Shown here one piece after another: positions 31,623 through 35,929 of a stretch of DNA of 35,929 nucleotides (the stretch's first letter is position 1; each line of letters starts with the position of its first letter). Position numbers and translations under genes: made by a program. The notes beneath the pieces are model-generated. The model was not told where the DNA came from and searched no databases. It saw only the letters and a list, made by a program, of their open reading frames with translations. Source of the DNA: a bacterium. Lineage in GTDB: Bacteria > UBP6 > UBA1177. The stretch is taken from the NCBI GenBank assembly GCA_017615095.1, contig JAGAAT010000022.1, forward strand, positions 1 to 35,929, read 5' to 3'.

Positions 31623-34199
31623 TCAAAGGATCAGAGCAGAGCAGCCGGAGGATTTCTTTTTGGTTGAATTTCCGTTACCGTTTTCGAACATGCAGTACTG
31701 TGAACAGCCGTCGCCGTCCATTCTGTTGCCGTCATCGCACTGCTCTCCCGGATCGACGTAACCGTTTCCGCAGTTCGCATGGTCTCCGCTGCTACCGCTT
31801 CCGCCTTCGTTGCCGCCGCTTCCGCCGCCGTTACCCGGATCGTAGCAGCTTGAACGATCCCAGCTGAGGCAGTCGCTGGCGCACTTCGCGTTTCCGCCCT
31901 CAGGAGCACCCGCAAGCATCTTGCAGGGAATAGTTTCGGAGTCGCAGACCTCGCCCGTATCGACATTCTTGTTGCCGCAAAGTGATCCGCCTCCGCCCGA
32001 GCATGTCGAGGTGTCGTAGCCGCGGCAGTCAGCTCTGCACATTGCATAACCGTCCGTGAAGTTGCTGTCGATGCTGTGGCATGTCTTCGTACCGCCGTCG
32101 CAGACCTCGCCCTCCTCCTTGACGCCGTTTCCGCAGTTCGCGGTCGCAACAGTTCCGGAAGGCAGTATCTTCTGGGCGATGCAGGAATAACCCTCTCTGA
32201 CAGTGTTGTAGGAGCACTTCGCGATGCAGTGACCTTCATAACATTCGACCTTGCTCGTGCCGTTGTAGCAGTCGGTATTCGAGTTGCAGTTGGCAGAGCA
32301 GTAACCGCCGTTCCAGCCCTCTCCGGTGAGGCAGACAGGATTCGCAGCAGTGTTGATGCAGTCGGATGCTTCGCTGCACGCCGATCCGGCACGTCCGTTT
32401 CCGCCGCTTGCGCAGTCGTCATCGACCGTACCGCTGCAGTCGTCATCCTTGCCGTTGTATTCGTCGTAACATCCGTCGATCTTTGCCGTCGAGATGCAGG
32501 CTCCGCACGTCCCGTTTTTGGCACCGACAAGCATTGCGTTCGCATCGACGACACCGAAGCCGAAGCAGGGTGAATGTTCAGCCGAACCGCTCGCAAGCCA
32601 CTCGTCGGACTGAGTCGTCCAGCCGCCTTCGGAGCAGCTCTTTGTCGTTTTGAACGCTGAGGACTTTACGCAGTTCATCGCACCCGAGAAGCTGAGTTCC
32701 GGAGCACCCGCGAGCATAAGAGCTACAGCTCCAGCCGCAACAGGCGTAGCCGCACTCGTTCCGCTGAATCCGCTCGTGTAGTCGCCGTTGCTGTCAAGGC
32801 TTCCGAGGCAGTTGTAGGAGTTGCACGCATAGCCGTACTGGTTGCCCTGGATATCGGTAGTCGCAGCACCGGCGCCGGCGCTGATATCTACCTCGGCACC
32901 GTAGTTCGAGTAGCTTGCCATACTGCCGTTCGACTCGAGAGCGCTGACCGTCAGCATGTTGTTATCCTTTAAAAATGCCTGGTTGGATGTCGGGCAGTGA
33001 GAGTTTCCCGCAGCCCACAAAAAGATGGTGCCCTTGCCGCCGCGGCCGTTCGAAATACCGTAAGTGATACCCTGCGAACTGCTGTTGTCTGCCGGGCATG
33101 TCGTGCAGCCTCCGTAGTTGTTGGAGTCCTGGCAGCCCCAGCTGTTGTTTACGACCCAGGCGCCGTTATCGACTGCGTGTTTGATAGCCTTGTAGGTATC
33201 GCCGGACTGGTATGTCGAAAGGAATCTGATCGGGATGATCGGACAGCCCCAGCATGATCCTGCAACACCGATCCCGTTGTTTGTCTTCGCAGCAGCAAGA
33301 CCTGCGCAGGCAGTTCCGTGCGGAACGGATTCATGGTCGTCCTGGCTTGTCATCGGAGCGCCGCCCGTATTTCCGACAAGGTCGATACCGAGATTCGCGA
33401 GAACGTTCAGATCGGGGTGGGTCAGATCGACGCCGCTGTCGATGATGGCGATCCTGACATTATCATTTCCCTCGCCTGTCTCTGTATCCCATGCAGACGG
33501 TGAATTGATCTGCGTAAGGTGCCACTGGCTCGAAAAATAGGGATCGTTCGGAGTCACCTTTCTCTCGTTGTAGAACCACGGCCAGTTCGGCTGTGCCCAG
33601 TGGACAAGCCTGCGCTCGTAGAGCATGTTCGCGAAGGCAAAGGGATCTACACCGACCGGAAGCTCGACCGAATAGAAGTTGTCGTCAACGACTTCGACCA
33701 CCTTCAGGTTGAACATGTCCATGATCCTGTACTGCTCTTCAACAGGAGTGGACTCGTAGAAGTGGATCCTCATCGTTCCGTCGAGAACGATCAGATGATC
33801 CGGAGCGTAGTATGTCAAAACCGGCCACGCAGCAACGTTTTTCGCCGCGAGAAGGTTCCTGACCTGCATCCAGTTCGCTCTGTCTGACTTGTCGAGCGCG
33901 ATCCGGAAAGCCCTGTAATTATCCTGATCGTATGTGACTTCGCCGAGCATATCGGCAATTTTGATGCCGTTGAACTCGACAGCATCAAGCATTTTAAGGT
34001 TTACACTGTGCGGGATCGCGATCTGATCATAAAGCTGAAGCAGGAACTGCGGTCCCAGATTCATGTGATAGTAAAACGTGTCATAAAGTCTGCCGTCCTC
34101 TCTTTCTACCAACTGTCCGAGGACCGGTTTCGGTTCGGCAGCAGAAAGTGACATAACAAAAAGCGACAAAAAAAGCGCCCAAGCCGCTCGCTTAAGCAT
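31623..34199 (-). CDS. Secreted subtilisin-like serine protease (peptidase S8) with a C-terminal Cys-rich stalk and a short GCSALIL tail
   Basis: Signal peptide MLKRAAWALFLSLFVMSLSAA. Triad contexts IAIIDSGVD (Asp), HGTACAG (His) and GTSAATPVAAGAVALM (Ser). aa 569-840 are Cys-rich and include three CGN(G/K)...GExCD repeats. The protein ends STKKKSSGCSALIL-stop. I chose the ATG at 34199 because GGAGG lies 5 nt upstream. The track start is 34211. Confidence 0.9.
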   Translation of the reverse strand: MLKRAAWALFLSLFVMSLSAAEPKPVLGQLVEREDGRLYDTFYYHMNLGPQFLLQLYDQIAIPHSVNLKMLDAVEFNGIKIADMLGEVTYDQDNYRAFRIALDKSDRANWMQVRNLLAAKNVAAWPVLTYYAPDHLIVLDGTMRIHFYESTPVEEQYRIMDMFNLKVVEVVDDNFYSVELPVGVDPFAFANMLYERRLVHWAQPNWPWFYNERKVTPNDPYFSSQWHLTQINSPSAWDTETGEGNDNVRIAIIDSGVDLTHPDLNVLANLGIDLVGNTGGAPMTSQDDHESVPHGTACAGLAAAKTNNGIGVAGSCWGCPIIPIRFLSTYQSGDTYKAIKHAVDNGAWVVNNSWGCQDSNNYGGCTTCPADNSSSQGITYGISNGRGGKGTIFLWAAGNSHCPTSNQAFLKDNNMLTVSALESNGSMASYSNYGAEVDISAGAGAATTDIQGNQYGYACNSYNCLGSLDSNGDYTSGFSGTSAATPVAAGAVALMLAGAPELSFSGAMNCVKSSAFKTTKSCSEGGWTTQSDEWLASGSAEHSPCFGFGVVDANAMLVGAKNGTCGACISTAKIDGCYDEYNGKDDDCSGTVDDDCASGGNGRAGSACSEASDCINTAANPVCLTGEGWNGGYCSANCNSNTDCYNGTSKVECYEGHCIAKCSYNTVREGYSCIAQKILPSGTVATANCGNGVKEEGEVCDGGTKTCHSIDSNFTDGYAMCRADCRGYDTSTCSGGGGSLCGNKNVDTGEVCDSETIPCKMLAGAPEGGNAKCASDCLSWDRSSCYDPGNGGGSGGNEGGSGSSGDHANCGNGYVDPGEQCDDGNRMDGDGCSQYCMFENGNGNSTKKKSSGCSALIL

Positions 34200-34320
34200 T
34201 TTGACCTCCATCTATACCAATATATAAAATACATCCGAAAAAGAACATACAACCTTCGGGTTTTACTTTTTTTCAGGCGCTTTTCAAGTAAACTGTCTGG
34301 TCATTGGCTGGAGGTGATAT

Positions 34321-35589
34321 ATGAAAACAGCAAAATTTCTTGTTATTCTTTTGATTTCAACTCTTTTCGCGGCCTGCGGAGGCAGCGGAGACGATAACTT
34401 TTACGGTGACAGCGGGAACGACTACGACGGCAATACGCCGGGCAGCACCGACAACGACGTCGAACACGTCGACCGGCCCGACGATGCACAAAAACCAGGC
34501 GGCGGAGGCTCTTCCGGCGGGATAGGCGGAGGTTCGACCGGCAACCAGGACGAGGACGAAGAGCCGGACGGAGATTCTGCGGATTCAGGCGACTCTTCCG
34601 ACAGCGGAGAGCCGACCGACACAGGCGATTCCGGTGACTCTTCCGACAGCGGCGGACCTGCCGACACGGGTGATTCCGGTGACTCGGAGCCGGCCGACAC
34701 CGGAGACTCGGAACCGTCAGACACGGGCGATTCCGGCGGAGACTTCCCTGTCTACGAATCTGATCCGAACATTGCCCAATGCACAGCCGGATACCCGAGC
34801 GAAGGGACGAAAAACATCGTTCTGGAACGCCTCAACTACCTCAGGGCGATCCACAAACTCCCGCCGGTCGTCTATACCGACGAATTCGACGACATCGTTG
34901 CCGAATGTTCGCTCGTCATCGCGGCGAACCAGAAACTCAGCCACTACCCGGACAGCTCGTGGAAATGCTATTCGCAGGACGCCCTGGACGGCTGTAGTTC
35001 CAGCAACATCCACATAATGATGGCGAATTACCAGGCCGAAACCGATGACGCAAAGATAGTTGACGGCTTCATGATCGAAAAAAACGTTGACGAACTCGGT
35101 CACCGCAGATGGTTCCTCGACCCGTGGCTCGCAGACATCTCCTACGGCAGGAGTGAAGGGGTCGGCGCAGGACAGTACGGTGCAGAGACATTCACGCTCG
35201 GAGCCGCAGTACACGTCATCGGCGGCGCACAGCAGGACATCTCGGACAGCGACATCGAATTCGTCGCCTACCCTTTCGAAAACTACCCGAAAGAGCTCTA
35301 CGACGACAGCGTGATGATGTCCTTTACCGTAATTTCCAACAAATTCAGCAAGTGGAGCAACTCAGCCGTAGACTTCTCTTCGGCTTCGATTGCCATAACA
35401 TCTGAAACAGAAAATAAAGTCTATCAAATCAAAGACTTGCAGTTTGACAATGACGGATACGGCGTCCCGAACAACCTTCGCTGGAGGACTACCGGCGTAA
35501 GGACAGGTCTGAAGTATAACGTCGTGATCCACAACGTCATAATCAACAACTATTCGCAGGATTACATCTACTGGTTCCAGCTTGACTGA
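34321..35589 (+). CDS. Lipoprotein with an acidic Asp/Ser/Gly tandem-repeat linker, a CAP/SCP (PR-1-like) domain and a C-terminal beta-rich domain
   Basis: Lipobox STLFAAC|GGS. VLERLNYLRAIHKLPPVVYTDEFDDIVAECSLVIAANQKLSH and ELGHRRWFLDPW fit the bacterial CAP-domain pattern. This is a motif-level call only. SD GGAGGTG lies upstream. Confidence 0.7.
   Translation: MKTAKFLVILLISTLFAACGGSGDDNFYGDSGNDYDGNTPGSTDNDVEHVDRPDDAQKPGGGGSSGGIGGGSTGNQDEDEEPDGDSADSGDSSDSGEPTDTGDSGDSSDSGGPADTGDSGDSEPADTGDSEPSDTGDSGGDFPVYESDPNIAQCTAGYPSEGTKNIVLERLNYLRAIHKLPPVVYTDEFDDIVAECSLVIAANQKLSHYPDSSWKCYSQDALDGCSSSNIHIMMANYQAETDDAKIVDGFMIEKNVDELGHRRWFLDPWLADISYGRSEGVGAGQYGAETFTLGAAVHVIGGAQQDISDSDIEFVAYPFENYPKELYDDSVMMSFTVISNKFSKWSNSAVDFSSASIAITSETENKVYQIKDLQFDNDGYGVPNNLRWRTTGVRTGLKYNVVIHNVIINNYSQDYIYWFQLD
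34567..34740 (+). repeat. Degenerate in-frame tandem repeat (about 45-nt unit and shorter derivatives) encoding DSADSGDSSDSGEPT / DTGDSGDSSDSGGPA / DTGDSGDSEPA / DTGDSEPS / DTGDSGG
   Basis: Direct reading of the DNA (gacacaggcgattccggtgactcttccgacagcgg... recurs) and of the translation, aa 83-140. Confidence 0.75.
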
Positions 35590-35683
35590 TCCGTTCCGGA
35601 TAAAAAATCACACTGTTTTCATTTTTTTTCGTAAAAAAGAGAGGCGGGGATTACTAACCTTTACGACAAACCTACCAAAAATC

Positions 35684-35708
35684 GGCTCCGTTCGGAGCCT
35701 TTTTTTTT
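35684..35708. terminator. Rho-independent terminator between convergent genes, probably bidirectional
   Basis: GGCTCC-gttc-GGAGCC hairpin (35684-35699) followed by a 9-nt T run (35700-35708). An A run (caaaaatc) precedes it, so it also reads as hairpin plus U-tract on the minus strand. Confidence 0.6.
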
Positions 35709-35716
35709 GCCTGAAA

Positions 35717-35929
35717 CTAATCCAGAGAGACCCAGACCGCGGGGCGGACAAGAGCATCGACGAACCCGGCATTGCGCCCGCTGTTCACTTCGCCGCTGGT
35801 GGAGATGTTTTCGACGAAATTCGGATTGTTGCCAGGAGAACGCAGCCACCAGAAGCCGGCACCCGAATCATCCGTCCAGGCACCGTTCTTTTTCGCTTCG
35901 TATGAGGCACGGCAGATCCTCGTTTCGAC
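35717..35929 (-). CDS. Partial CDS (C-terminal 70 aa; continues beyond the window) with a DUF6273-like motif
   Basis: This frame is open from the window edge to TAG (complement of 35717-35719). It is not in the supplied track because no start lies inside the window. My translation is VETRICRASYEAKKNGAWTDDSGAGFWWLRSPGNNPNFVENISTSGEVNSGRNAGFVDALVRPAVWVSLD-stop. The WWLRSPG...V...G.V...VRPA(L/V)W(V/L) pattern is what I recall for DUF6273. Confidence 0.55.
   Translation of the reverse strand, partial: VETRICRASYEAKKNGAWTDDSGAGFWWLRSPGNNPNFVENISTSGEVNSGRNAGFVDALVRPAVWVSLD

Noticed and set aside
31631-32596. 321-aa same-strand alternative-frame ORF inside the Cys-rich part of the S8 gene.
   Set aside because: The translation is Ala/Arg/Thr-rich junk with no SD. 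The main frame carries coherent Cys-repeat modules and continues from the S8 catalytic domain.
35582-35905. 107-aa plus-strand ORF and 62-aa minus-strand ORF (35661-35849) from the track.
   Set aside because: The plus-strand ORF runs through the hairpin and T-tract terminator and is antisense to the better-supported DUF6273-like frame. The 62-aa ORF is in a different frame from that CDS. Neither has an SD or motifs.
1-35929. Whole-window scan for CRISPR arrays, IS or transposase genes, integrases, phage genes, toxin-antitoxin or known defence-system genes, rRNA and tRNA.
   Set aside because: None was found. The only repeats are in-frame low-complexity coding repeats (IF-2 N-terminus, acidic lipoprotein linkers, Cys-rich modules).

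Overview
This is a 36-kb window at about 50% GC from a diderm (Gram-negative-type) bacterium. I cannot assign a taxon from sequence alone. All calls rest on motifs I recognise in the translated ORFs; no database search was possible. I support about 25 CDS. I found no rRNA, tRNA, CRISPR array, transposase or integrase.

Backbone, minus strand: a long, tightly packed array runs rimP-nusA-(ylxR/ylxQ fusion)-infB-rbfA-PBP1A, then a C25-like protease, a GH13 amylase lipoprotein, pyrF, an AEC transporter, a small membrane protein and a Na/Pi cotransporter. After a lone plus-strand B12-binding-domain gene come asd and a 634-aa secreted protein.

Backbone, plus strand: one compact operon, coaBC, DtxR-family repressor, Crp-like protein, 1254-aa zinc-ribbon/TPR membrane protein, coaD, M23 peptidase.

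The right end is an accessory patch of secreted proteins: an S8 subtilase, a PNGase F-like lipoprotein, a CAP-domain lipoprotein and a partial DUF6273-like protein.

Most interesting points:
1. Both secreted proteases (C25-like and S8) carry Cys-rich repeat stalks. Both end in the same very short tail: Lys-rich, then Ser-rich, then G-C-S-[VA]-L-[LI]-[FL]-stop, with the Cys exactly 6 residues from the C-terminus. The tail is too short to be any C-terminal sorting signal I know. It is a candidate for an undescribed sorting or lipidation signal.
2. Each of these proteases is followed about 50 nt later by a lipoprotein glycan-active enzyme (GH13 amylase; PNGase F-like).
3. The 634-aa protein combines a CFIATAAYGS-type Cys motif and membrane anchor, an internal signal-peptide-like segment, and a C-terminal beta-barrel.
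4. The zinc-ribbon/TPR protein carries about ten D-x-L-F / DPF short motifs in its cytoplasmic acidic region.
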